From Marsupella aquatica (Eukaryota; Plantae; Marchantiophyta): a stretch of 64,000 nucleotides of DNA. Every line of letters begins with the position of its first letter. Positions within the stretch are counted from its first letter, which is position 1. Position numbers and translations under genes: made by a program. The notes beneath the pieces were generated by a model. That model was not told the origin of the DNA, searched no databases, and worked only from the letters and a program-made list of their open reading frames with translations. Shown piece by piece: positions 52,137 through 64,000 of this stretch. The stretch spans positions 27,600,210 to 27,664,209 of the forward strand of contig OZ316893.1 of the NCBI GenBank assembly GCA_973895155.1. Reading direction: 5' to 3'.

Positions 52137-52591
52137 CTACGTCCACGGGAACACACAAGAGCTTTACTGCACTCTAGGCCGACAGGCCATACCAAGCATC
52201 CACAGCACAAGCTCTTCCTATCTCTCAACTAGCTCCGTAACAATGAGCCTAAGTTCCACCAGGGTCTGGCATCAGCCCTGGCTATATGCACAACAGCACT
52301 AGCGCTAACATTAGCTAAGTCCTAACCCGAGTTAGACTAACTATGGTTAGCTCATGAGTCACAAGACTAGAGCAATATCTAACAAACTCCCCCTTGACTC
52401 TTGTCTTGGGGACTAGACTAAATGTTACCATATGGAATCCTCAGCGGGAAGTTCTAGACAATCACCAAACCAGGTCTCCCCCTAAAAACCACAAGGGTTA
52501 ACTAAGGGTTAACTAGAACTAAGCCGTAGCCAAACAGGAATGAGTAATCCATATACAAATAGTCACACATTGCTAAATAACTCTACTTGCA

Positions 52592-55500
52592 CTACAACTG
52601 CAAAACCTGCAAAGTAGCACGGTGTCTTGAGAAACTCTCCAAAGGAATCACTTTGGTAAAGGCATCAGCGGGATTGAGCTTTCCATCAATTTTGACTAGC
52701 TCAAAAGTTTTATCAGACACTGCTTGCCTAATAAAATGGTACCTGATATCAATGTGTTTCACCCTGCTATCCATCACCTGGTTAGCAGCCAAGTGAAGAG
52801 CACTCTGACTATCACAGTTTAGAGTCATTTTTCCATGCTCTAAACCCATCTCCGCAATCAACTTATCCAACCAAATTGCTTCCTTTGCTGCTTCTGCTGC
52901 TGCAACATACTCTGCTTCTGTAGTAGACTGAGATATGCACTTCTGCAAGGTAGATTTCCAACTGATACATCCTCCTCCAAGAGTGTATACAAACCCAGTT
53001 GTAGACCTCCTTGTATCCAGACAGCCTCCATAGTCAGAATCTACATAGCCAACTAACGTTCTATCTGATCTGTTATCAAATAGTAATCCATAGTCCTCTG
53101 TTCCCTTTAGATACCTGAGAATCCACTTCACAGCTTCCCAATATACTTTCCCTGGATTTGACATGAATCTGCTAACCTTGCCCATCGCTAGGGCCAAGTC
53201 AGGCCTAGTACAAGTCATCAAATACATCAGACTGCCTACTGCCTTCTCATAAGGAATCTTAGCCATCAGACCTTTCTCCACAGCATCCGTAGGAGAGAAA
53301 GCCGATGATAACTTGAAATGTGAAGCCTCGGGGGTTTCACTTCCACAAAAATGGCATATCACGTGCGACGAAGGATAGGGTCATTTTATTGGTTGTAAGG
53401 GAAGACTTAAGAATTTTTGTAGAAGAACAATAGGGTCTTTTAAATTCAATTTTGAGACTTATAAGAATATTAGGGCCTTTTTAATCCAATTTTTGGAATA
53501 TTCCAAGAATATTCCAACTTTATAGGGGTTAAAAAATATATTTTTTTTCTTACATTTTAGGGGGTCCAAGGCCTAAAAACGTCGCAGGTGATGGGGAGGT
53601 CCCCATGTAGTGAGACCCCCGAGTGTGAAGCTAAAGGAATACTCACTGGCTTACAGTTCTCCATGTTGAATCGTGCAAGTACTTTCCTCGCATACTGGCC
53701 TTGACTCAAGCACAACTGTCCAGTCTCAGAGTTCCTAAAAATCTCCATCCCTAAGATCCTCTTGGCCTTACCAAGATCCTTCATCCTGAATTCAGCACTC
53801 AATTTCGCCTTGAGATTGTCAACCTCAGATTGATCTTTAGCCACAATCAGCATGTCATCCACATAGATCACTAGAATGATGAACCCAAACACATCATTCT
53901 TGACTGATTTCGTATACACACAAGGATCATACACCATCCTTGTAAAACCTTGAGCAAGCATGAAATCATCAAACCGCTTGTTCCACTGTCTGGGAGACTG
54001 CTTCAATCCATACAAGGACTTGAGCAATCTACAAACTAAGTTCTCTTGGCCCTTCTTCATAAAGCCTACTGGCTGTCTCATGAAGATCATCTCTTCCAAG
54101 TTGCCATAGAGAAAAGCAGTAACAACATCCATCTGATCCATCACCAGATTAAAAAACACAACAAGCTGACACAAGATCCGAATTGTGGAATACTTAGCCA
54201 CCGGTGAAAAGACCTCATTGTAATCCACTCCTTTCTCCTGAGTGAATCCCTTGGCAACAAGCCTTGCCTTGTAAATCTTATCTCCACCCTCTGAAGGACT
54301 GTCCTTCAACTTGTAAATCCACTTGCTGTCCACCACTTGCTGACCTCTTGGAAGCTCCACCAGCTCCCATGTCTTGTTGTCACTCAAAGATTGCAACTCC
54401 CTCTGCATTGCTACATTCCACTCATGCTTCTGCTCTGAAGCACAAGCCTCACTATACGAAGAAGGCTCTTCTTCTTCCAAGATCAAAGCCATGTCATCTT
54501 CATCAGGTGCAATGTCAATATCATCTAGCTTAGATGAGTCTGCCCATTGACCATACCTGGTAGGAGCTCTAGTAGAACGATTGGAAGTTCTTCTAGTAGA
54601 TGACTCAGGTTGATCTGCTGCTGCTGCTGGCTGAATTTGAGGTACCCCAGCAACAATCTGCTCCTCTTATTCCATCAAAGGAACCAGCTCCAAGCCCAGA
54701 GCTTCTCCATCTCTCCCGTCATGAACATCATCATGATTAATCTCCCCCTCAACTCGGTCCGGGATGGGAGATTTCCCCTTGTCAGTATGGGAGTCCTGAG
54801 AACTCTCCCCCTCCTTTGATGATCTGGACTCATTAAAGGACACATCTCTACTGACAATTAGCTTACAGGTTACTGGATCCCATAACCTATAACCCTTCAC
54901 ACCTTTCTGATAGCCAAGGAAAATGCACTTCTTCGACTTGGACTCCAACTTGGATCGAAGCTGGGAAGGTGTAAGCACATAAGCATCACATCCAAAAATC
55001 CTCAGATGTGAGTAATCTGCTAGACGCCCGTACCTCATTTCATATGGCGTCTTGAATCCAATAGAACTGGATGGAGAAAAAATTTACCAAATAAGCTGCA
55101 GTGTTGACAGCTTCAGCCCAAAACTCATGTGGTAAGCATGATTGACTCAACATACTCCTCGAGCGGTCCAACAGTGTTCGGTTGAGTCTCTCAGAAACAC
55201 CATTCTGCTGAGGAGTATAACTTGTTGTGAGATGGCGGGTTATCCCCTGCTCCTTACAATACGTTCCAAATTCCCCGGAACTGTATTCACCGCCATTATC
55301 CGATCGTAGATATCTCACCTTATTACCAGTCTGATTCTCAACTTGAGCTTTCCACTCCTTAAAAGTGGCAAAAACATCAGACTTACTATGTAGAAAATAT
55401 ATCCACACATACCTTGAGTAATCGTCTATGAACGTGACATAGTATAATCGTCCAGAATGTGAGGGAGTAGGGGCTGGACCCCACACATCACTATGTACAT

Positions 55501-56115
55501 ACTCAAGTACCTCCTTGCTGGTGTGAGCTCCAACTCCGAAGGGTTTCCTGTGCTGCTTCCCTAGCACACAGTGTTCACAAAATTCCAACTTACAAGATTG
55601 CAAATTAGAAAGTAATCCTTTCTTCTGAAGAATAACCAAACCTTTTTCACTCATGTGGCCCAAACGGAAGTGCCACAGCCGGGCCGTCTCCTCATGAGAT
55701 AAGGTTACATTGGCTTCATCACAGACTACACTGCCCTCCAATACGTATAGATTGCTATGTCTCTTTCCCTTCAATACAACTTTAGTACCAGTTGAAACTG
55801 AAGGACACCATTAGCAGAACTCCACTGATGGTCATTTGCCTCTAAAACTCCAAGTGAAATGAGATTTCTCATCATGCTGGGAATATGTCTCACATTCCTC
55901 AATGTTCTCACAGCACCATCAAACATATGAAATCTTACAGATCCAAGTCCAACAACTTGACATGGGATTCCATTTCCCATCAACACTGACCCGTTGGACA
56001 CCGTGTAAGAACTGAAATAATCTCTTCTAGAGCAAATGTGAAAAGTACATGCACTATCTAGAATCCAGTCATCACTACCTAGATTTGACACTACGTTGAG
56101 AGCATAACCTTGACA
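52592..56115 (-). pseudogene. Tork pol (PR-INT-RT-RH), frameshifted and MITE-interrupted
   Basis: WILDSAC, LWHFRLGH..CEHCVLGK, RSDNGGEY..NGVSER, YKARLVAKG..YVDD, DSDY..EAEY..DSQSA..ADAFTK. Confidence 0.92.
53327..53623. mobile_element. MITE with CTCGGGGG termini and 8-bp TSD, inserted in copia pol
   Basis: TIRs CTCGGGGGTTTCACT / AGTGAGACCCCCGAG; exact TSD TGTGAAGC (53319-53326, 53624-53631); 297 bp. Removing it restores PLASHFKLS. Confidence 0.93.
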
Positions 56116-56958
56116 TCACAATATGTCATCATCATCGAGTAAATCTACCTCATGCGAGCTCGATGCCGCGTTAGCAGATGCAGTAGGGACCTTTACTCGA
56201 CAATCCCTTTTCATGTGGCCTGGCTTGCCACAATTCCAACATGCAAGAGGCTTCCTCTCTTGCAATTTTCCTCTGGATTTAGATCTCCCCCGTGATGTAG
56301 ATCTAAACCTGTTCTGTCCATTTGAGCGCTGCGCTGCTCTCCCACGGTTCACATTCAGCGCAGTGCCAGAAGAAGATGCTGTCTGTGATTGACCCAACTT
56401 CTTCTGAGCATCATCAGACAGTAAAGAGCTTACCACCTCATTATACGAAATGGATTTCAGATCTCTGTACAAGAGCACCTGTTTCAACCCCTGATATGAC
56501 GGCGGTAAGGAGCTTAGCAGAAGCAAGGCCTTATCCTCATCTTCAACTCCTTTTCCCAGGTTTGACAGATCCACCGCTAGACTGTCAAACTCATCCAAGT
56601 GATCCTGCATCTTGCTCCCTTCCTTGAGCCTGAGGCTCATCAAGAGAGACTTCTTGTACAGCCGGTCTGACGCATCTTCCCGGTAGTACTTCTCTCTTAG
56701 AGCCTTGAACAGTGATGCGCAATCCGCATAATCATCCAGCTGCTTGATGATGTGCGGCTTCAGATAAAGCATCACTGCATTAACAGCAATCACCTGCTCC
56801 TGTCTCCACTGCTTTTTTGAGATCTCCTCCTCTCCATCATACTGCTCTCGTGAAGAGAGCAGATGAGCTAAGCCCATGGCCCGAAGAACACCCTTCACTT
56901 GCTTCTCCCACAGCAAGTAATCAGTACGACCATCGTACTTCTCCACCTCAAACTTCAC
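56116..56958 (-). CDS. Tork gag
   Basis: KFEVEKYDG..LLLSSLPPSY..zinc knuckle CWNCGKPGHMKRDC; ends in a TGA that is in frame with the protease. Confidence 0.9.
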   Translation of the reverse strand: MKFEVEKYDGRTDYLLWEKQVKGVLRAMGLAHLLSSREQYDGEEEISKKQWRQEQVIAVNAVMLYLKPHIIKQLDDYADCASLFKALREKYYREDASDRLYKKSLLMSLRLKEGSKMQDHLDEFDSLAVDLSNLGKGVEDEDKALLLLSSLPPSYQGLKQVLLYRDLKSISYNEVVSSLLSDDAQKKLGQSQTASSSGTALNVNRGRAAQRSNGQNRFRSTSRGRSKSRGKLQERKPLACWNCGKPGHMKRDCRVKVPTASANAASSSHEVDLLDDDDIL

Positions 56959-58339
56959 TCCTCGTCAAGTGCCAATCCCGGGCTCAAAACGACCGCCTTG
57001 CCACGATCAAACCGTTGAGCCGTAGCACTTCGCGTTTCTTCCACCAAGTCGGACATCATGAAGAGAAACCCGGTTCAGATGAGAACAAGCTCCATAGCTT
57101 GTGAAAAAAAACCTGAACGCCTCCTTCACTCGTCACGACACACTCGGTAACAACTCGGCAGCAATTCAACTACCGAAATGACCAGCTCGCTTCAAGCTTC
57201 AACTTGAGCTATAATGTGCGATCCCCCGAACACCACACAACTCACACCATTGAAAAACGCAAACTTTGGTCACTCCCCCGAAAACCCGTCGAACACGAAT
57301 AAAACCTGAACGACGCAAACTTCAATTCCTCTGCACCACGGATACCGATCAGCAAGTTCTAACCACCGTTAGAAAGCCCTCTCACTAACCTATCCGCTCA
57401 GCCACACACATTTGAGTTTCATGCGACGAAACTCCAAATGTGCCACCGACAATGAACGCTGGAAAAACCTTTCACGAAAAAACCTCGTCACCTCCCAGGC
57501 ATGCTCTGATACCACTTGTTGAGCATAGATGACATTCGCAACGGCAAGCCCATGAACCATCCAACGCACAATAGTCAACACAGAGAGATACGTGGTTCAC
57601 CTCCACATGAGGCTACGTCCACGGGAACACACAAGAGCTTTACTGCACTCTAGGCCGACCGGCCATACCAAGCATCCACAGCACAAGCTCTTCCTATCTC
57701 TCAACTAGCTCCGTAACAATGAGCCTAAGTTCCACCAGGGTCTGGCATCAGCCCTGGCTATATGCACAACAGCACTAGCGCTAACATTAGCTAAGTCCTA
57801 ACCCGAGTTAGACTAACTATGGTTAGCTCATGAGTCACAAGACTAGAGCAATATCTAACAGGCTTGATCTTCTTGAAAGCCTGGTCTTCGTCTTGCTGAA
57901 GATCAGCGAGTGAGACCTCAAACACACCTTTCAGGCCATCAGCAGCGATGTTTGTTCCTTGTGTTCTGGTCACAAGAGTCTTGCCCAGGCTCCGCTGCGT
58001 GAAGGTCGAGGGCGCCTTGATATCATATGAATCCTCCTTCTTGTCCAAGCAATCCATAGATCCAAATGTCCATTACATCTATACTCAGACCTAAGCTTCC
58101 AACCAGACCCACGTACTCCTGAAGCTGCACAATCAACAAATACGCAGGATCAATAAGTAAAGTTGTGAGAGTCTAGGAGAAATCAGATAATTGTCATGCA
58201 TTGTGCTTTCAACCCCATATGTAACCCACAACCAACCTCACATCATTTGAATTCAACTGTTACGTTCAGTTGGATTCTAAGTTCACCCATAAGTACAGCA
58301 GTTACCTTGGCAACAAATAAACTACAACACTTGTAGGTT

Positions 58340-58830
58340 AGTGTTAAGTACTACCAATGCCTAAAGAAGTAAAGTACTTCAAACTACCTTAGCTGTAGTT
58401 AAGTACTTGAAGTAAGTGTTTGTCAAGAAAGATGGTCCAAGTACTTCAAGTACTGTTTGAGTACTTGAAGTAGTCGTCCAGTCTTAAACTACTTAAAGTA
58501 GAACTAAGTATTTCAAGTAAGACTAGAGAACTTGAAGTACTTGAAGAAGTACTTATTGTACTTATTGTACTTGAAGTAACTTGAAGTACTCGAAGTAACT
58601 CGAAGTAACTTGAAGTACTCGAAGTAACTCGAAGTACTCGAAGTAACTCGAAGTAACTTGAAGTACTCGAAGTAACTCGAAGTACTCGAAGTAACTCGAA
58701 GTAACTAGAAGTACTTCAAGTAACTTTAAGTACTTAAAGTAACTTAGTTGATGTACTAACTTAAAAGTAAATTGAGAGTATGTACTTCAAGTAATGTTAA
58801 GTACATGAAGTAACGATAAGTACTTTAAGT
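58340..58830. repeat. 9-10 bp minisatellite (GAAGTA(A)CTC/T)
   Basis: Near-perfect core at 58568-58720 (GAAGTACTC/GAAGTAACTC), with degenerate flanks. Confidence 0.9.
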
Positions 58831-59180
58831 ACAGTTACAAGTAAGATATGTATTGCAAAGCAACCCTCAAGCACAAGTTATAGAAAGAAAAGTACTCTGA
58901 GTAAAGTAAAAGTAATGAAAAAGTGTAATGATCATACAAGGATAACATGATTGTCTCAGTAGTATTCAGGTAGACAAGAATTATGTTGGTATAGGTCCTT
59001 ACTAGCTTGAGACTTTGTGGCGCTCTGTCCACAATTTGACAGACTTCAGTAATCACCTGAAGACACACTGCCACACAAAAAACATACCACTACCTTGGTC
59101 ATCATTGTTCTGTGTAATTGCAATGTGAACAACTTTCAAAGATTTGAAAGCAAGAATCAAAGTGGATCGAGGTAGTTGGT

Positions 59181-62100
59181 CTACCTTTCCAAGGATCCCA
59201 TGATTGCAGCGAGAGTATCTTTAGGCAAAGAGAAGGCATTGTCCCCTCCTGATTTCCCAGCAGGCTGAAGTAAGAAGCCAACATGGATGACATCCTTTGC
59301 ATGCACCCAACTTGTGGGCGACTTCCGTGTGTATACATAACGGGTAACCGTTTTTCCTACTTGTTGGTACCATCTGCCCTGTAATACTCTGTCACCAACC
59401 TTGAAAGCTACCCCATATGCATCCACAAAACTCTCTTGGCAATCATGTGCTTCCACCTCACATTGCAGGATATAGAAATCAGCACCAAACAGGTCGTCAG
59501 CTGAAGCCTCAATAGCAAAAAATGTACCAACCTCTATGGTGTCAGCTAAATCTCCATCTTCCAACTCCCCGGCTCCTAGTCCAACACCCATGCTATGCAC
59601 AATTGCTGCAACATCTAATGGTTGCTTTGGGTGAATGGTTTCAAGCTCCCACTTTCCAGCATGCTCCACATTTGGGCAAGCTAAAGTCTCAGCCCCATCG
59701 ACACAGGCAGGACAGAAGCAACACATCTCTCTCACCTTTAACAGAGTAGGAACATCTTTACTGAAGCCGCGAAAGCAATGAAGGGATCTGGTTCCTGGAA
59801 TTGGCTCACAATCCCAAGCTTTTCTCCTATTCACATCTCCCTCCTTGATTTCCCAATGATGGCGTCGAATCGTCTGAACTTTTCCAGGTCCTGTCTCCTT
59901 CCCTAATGCAAATCTGGATCTTAGGAATGTCACAGCATCATGAGCATTCTGTAGTTTATGACCTCTTGTTGAACTTAAGAGTTGTTCTTTGGCTAGAGCC
60001 CTCTTCTGTGTACCACCTTCGCCATCCTAACATACAAATCAGGTATCAGATGACATTCGTGGATTCTGATGTCAGCAAGTAACCTTCATCTAGTCAAGAA
60101 GCCAGTTCACATCAGAGAAGACTGAATCATCCACAGTGCTGTCACCTACTAGTCTATTCAAAATCTTGACTCACTCACAGTCACAAAACCACAATTGGAA
60201 ATCAAGAAGCTGGAAGAAGGTTGGACGGGAGGATGAAATACTCACAACAACATTTTTGCCATGACCGCTTCCATGGAAATTCCACTGCATTTCTACTCCG
60301 TAAGTATTGTAGTACCTACTTACAAAATAGAATGGCCCTCTGCTCTTAAACTGTGCCGCACACCCATCGCTCCACACCCAATGATTGCCAATTGACAAAT
60401 TTTGATCTTGTACCCACTTGATGTGTTTATCCAAACAATGTTGGACAAATAAACTGTCATGCTGGTTATCATCGCTTATGTAGAAGTGATAGTCTCCAAT
60501 GATGTGGTGATCATCCGGATCTGAGGGGTCAGGTCTGCATTCTCCATCTATGTATTCATGATCTTCCTTGTGCCTAAACGTAGCGTGAACCAAGATGCTA
60601 ATCTGCTTGTTATCCCAATGCATACTTTGCACTTCATCTTGAACCAAAAAAGTATAGTTCTCACTGAAATCTATAGAAGAAAGCATGGTCCCCTTGGGAA
60701 ATATTGCTTGAGACCTCTTGTACTGCTCTGCTTGCCATTGAGCACGGAAGTTGTGTATAACAAACGCAGGCATCTTCAGCTTTACCTTATCCAGAAATTC
60801 TGCAAATGGAGTTTCCATGTAGATCATTCTTAACCTCTTTCTTGTTGCCTCGTCTTCCTCACCAGCCTTCTTCTTAGTAGACTTCTGTTGCAAGTTAACA
60901 TACTGAAAAGTTTCCCAGACAATAGGCAAGGAGTCGCCTGATTGTAACTCAGCGTTGCATGTGAGTAAATGTTCCACACCACAATCTTGGCATGCACCCA
61001 TGATGCATTCCTTCTTGTGCCACAATTTACCTTCTGGTTTAGGACACAATATCTCATCACACCAATCTCTCACCGACTTCACTGTGCATTTCCCAGCTAA
61101 ACAACCTGCTCCTGGTCCAGTAGTTGATGAGGAGTGACAAATTGCACAATCACAACAGCATGTCGTCGTAGGATGTTTGTGAAGTCGAAATTTATTCAAA
61201 GCCTCCTTCAACAAATTCATCTCCATGTGTTGTTTACAACAGCAAACATTCCTGTCTTTGAGGACCCGAATGAAATAGGGCTTCAAGTACTGGAAGGTCC
61301 TTAATCCAACAGGAACTTCCTCTCCTTTGTTTTTGCACCATTCTGTGAAGATCAAGTAAAAATCGACCTGGCCATCACAAACACGACTACTTTAATTAGT
61401 GTAATTACTAGTAAGAAGAGAGGACATCTCTGGCCGAGTGGACAGCATGTTCAGTACCTGAAAATACAATGAGGGCGTAACTATGAGAATTGGAAACCTA
61501 TAGAGATTGAGTGACACAACGTACCTCAGTTTCCTCTAGCCAATGGACTTGATGTACCTCATACACCTTCGGACTCAATCTGAGCCTTGCTTGGTCAGAT
61601 TGGTTTGGTGAAACTCTAGTATTTTCCTCCCAATAAAGCTTCACAAATTCCCTGATTTCTTGAGAGATTTTGTCTGACCTCGTCTTTCGGACACCCATTG
61701 GAAATTTGACTGATTTATCAGCATCAAGTCGTGCTCTGGTGATTGCAGGTCGATATAAATTTGCCTTTTTGATACCTAGAGCTTTGGCAAGACTAGCTCT
61801 TCTCCTATCTTTCACGATCTTTGAACCTAGCATATTCAGCAATGAACACAAGATCATAATTAAGTCTACATACAGCAACACATTGAAGTCTAAATACAGC
61901 AATGTTCATAACAAATACCATCCACTGAAGCAATAATCTGACTTCAGCAACAACATTAAGTAAGAAACATACCAGTCAGCCCAATCAGCACTGATTGCTT
62001 GGCTGCAAGATGATCCTTCCTATGTGCCCCTTTTATTACTTGTAGGGCTGACTTCAAGTCTTCAAAACTCGCTTTCATTGAGGCGTCCATCTTAGGGCAA

Positions 62101-62846
62101 CCAGTTTTGGAAGGGTGTAGGTCTTTCAAACCAGGATTATGCCAGAACTTTTGAAGCGCTAACTTCTTGCTCGCTAAGTTGTGAAACTTGGTGCTCTCAT
62201 GAAATACTTTGAACAAATTGCTTGCTATTGCTTTCACCCTTCTTGCTCCTCTGTTTGGTTGATCCAAACCTGAGTCCTCACATTCGGGCGTTGCTACGCT
62301 CTGTTGCTGTTGCAAGACTTTTTGCTTCCAGTAATATCTTCTAGCCCTTTCAGCATTCCGTGCTCGAATTTGTTCTGAATTGACACTAGTTGGCCGCACA
62401 TCTACAACTGCAGGTCTATGCCCTTCAATGTTGCTCTCAATCAGACACCATCTCTCTGTGGCAGAAGCTATACAACTATCAATTACTGCTTTAGAGACCT
62501 CAGCTGCATCTACAAGGGCCTTGGCCTCCTCCCTCGCTTTCTTTAGAATGCTTTCGGCTTCTTTTATAGCGTCGTTCTTTCTTTCCTCAATTTCTGCTAG
62601 GGCTTCCTTCTTGCTTTCTGCAATTTCATCGAGCAGGCGAGACTTCTCAACTAAGCGTCTCCTCTTCAAGAAATTCCTATGTTCTCTTTTCTGATTGATA
62701 ACATCCATCCCGACAGCAAGTGAATGGGAGGTCAAACAAGATCTCAAAGATCCCGAATAGCCCGAAGCCAAAGCCCTCCCACTTCGCACTAGCTTGCTTC
62801 CAGGTACGTAGCTTGTTTGTAGAGGTACCACTGCAGCAGCCTCCAT
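59181..62846 (-). CDS. Sola-like DDD transposase, apparently intact, 4 exons (~1047 aa)
   Basis: Exons 61973-62846, 61525-61826, 60246-61367 and 59181-60026 join through GT..AG introns with consistent phases (3144 nt, no stops). Motifs IDFSENY..QSMHW, WSDGCAAQFK, HGK-NVV|DGEGG, plus Cys-rich zinc-binding segments. Confidence 0.85.
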
Positions 62847-63423
62847 GCCATCTTGATCAGGTCTCCAGCATCAGGACAACAAACAGGGTGGTCCACACCA
62901 CCTGCCCGCGGGATTTCTGGTCTTGCCGTCACAAAAATACAACTACACAGACAGGCTGATTCGACCGGCAAAGCAAAGAGCACGACGAGTGGGAAAAGGC
63001 CTGGTGTGGTTTGGAGCTCCGAATCCTCCTCTGCAAAGTGATCGATCGTTGGCGCCCTCACTCAAGCTTCGGAACAGAACAACATCGCATTTGGGCCGAC
63101 ATTCCTTGTCGACACCCCCAACATCGACCTGACCAACCTCGTTTGAGTCTTCTTGCCGTCGATAGAGATTCCTCAATCGTGAGCAATCACTGTCACATTT
63201 CTCTGCTTCTCGAGAAATTGGCCTCATACTCACGCTCGTACCTTGTCGATCGATCTTTGTCCAGACCTTCCGCTCTCTCTACGGTCTGGAATGAGCAGTC
63301 TGTCGCAATGCAGCGATTTTGCCTTGTCATCCCGCAATGTAGCGATTACTGCCGATGAGATTGACGGGGACGTGCACATATGTTTGCTCTATAGAACTGA
63401 TGTCCCGATTGTAAGTGAGGCAG

Positions 63424-63535
63424 TGAACTCGAAGGTAGACAGTCGTGTGCTCTTGATCAGCAAAGAATATTTCGAGGAATGAACTCGAAGGTAGACACTC
63501 GTGTGCTCTTGATCAGCAAAGAATATTTCGAGGAA
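63424..63535. repeat. 56-bp tandem duplication upstream of the transposase
   Basis: TGAACTCGAAGGTAGAC..ATTTCGAGGAA occurs twice, with one mismatch. Confidence 0.9.
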
Positions 63536-63838
63536 TGATGCAAGACTCTCCCACTTTCAAACAACGGGACATTTTCCAAACAGAAGCCTTACTATTTCAA
63601 ACGAGGCATAAGTCGGCGTCCCCACTACTTTGTCTAATTATTACACTACCTGCTAAAGGTCACCTACTTAGTCTCATAATCACAAGTTAATCTCCTCCCT
63701 CCATTCCTTTGATTCTTGAGATTTAATCCTAGCCTTTGAGGGTTCCTTCTTGAGTAAAGTAGTCCTCCCCGGCTCTATAAGTAATTGTGAGGTTGTTAGG
63801 TACTTTTTATACCCCTTGTAACTTGCAATAGGCCTGTA

Positions 63839-64000
63839 ACTCTAAGTGTTAATTATTTGATCCTTATAAGTAGTATGGCCTCATTAAAACTTTCCGGCTT
63901 TCTTCTGAAAGAAAGAGTGCCACTACTGTACAAGTAATAAGGTCATCGAAATACATTTAGGGTAATCTAATGAGAACCTTATAGTGAAAGTTTCGTGCAG
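63839..64000 (-). mobile_element. Continuation of the second Bianca-like copia (3' UTR)
   Basis: GGCCTCATTAAAACTTTCC..GAAAGAGTGCC resembles the reverse complement of 13091-13140 (GGCAATACTCTTTCC..GGAAGGTTTTAATGAGAC) in the first Bianca. Confidence 0.65.

Overview
Eukaryotic, transposon-dominated DNA from a land plant, probably a non-seed plant (inferred from the RPS3a retrocopy, Bianca and Tork Ty1/copia elements, a CRE-type LINE and Sola-like DNA transposons). No intact host gene is evident. Left part (1-18.2 kb): a Tork solo LTR carrying a MITE, Helitron remnants, a CRE-like LINE fragment, a full-length Bianca copia (7004-13382) and a GC-rich LTR-like fragment. Middle (about 18.9-37.1 kb): a large decayed DNA-transposon-like unit. 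Its minus strand holds a Sola-like DDD transposase, a Ulp1 protease half and three NIF/FCP1-like HAD domains. Its plus strand holds a divergent multi-exon gene joining a ParB/Srx-like domain, a beta-class N4/N6 DNA methyltransferase-like domain and a NIF/FCP1 domain. About 18 copies of the palindrome CTCGAGAT-N-ATCTCGAG are spread across it; this is the best candidate for an undescribed system. A 3.84-kb solo LTR that contains its own gene is nested inside. Next come a hAT transposase pseudogene and a protein kinase pseudogene. Right part: a complete 19.8-kb Sola-like element (44004-63834; 24-bp TIRs, TGTA TSD) with an apparently intact 4-exon transposase and a RING-H2 cargo gene. It is inserted in a Bianca 3' UTR and hosts an RPS3a retrocopy, which is split by a Tork copia, which in turn contains a MITE. 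Family assignments come from motifs recognised by eye, not from database searches.
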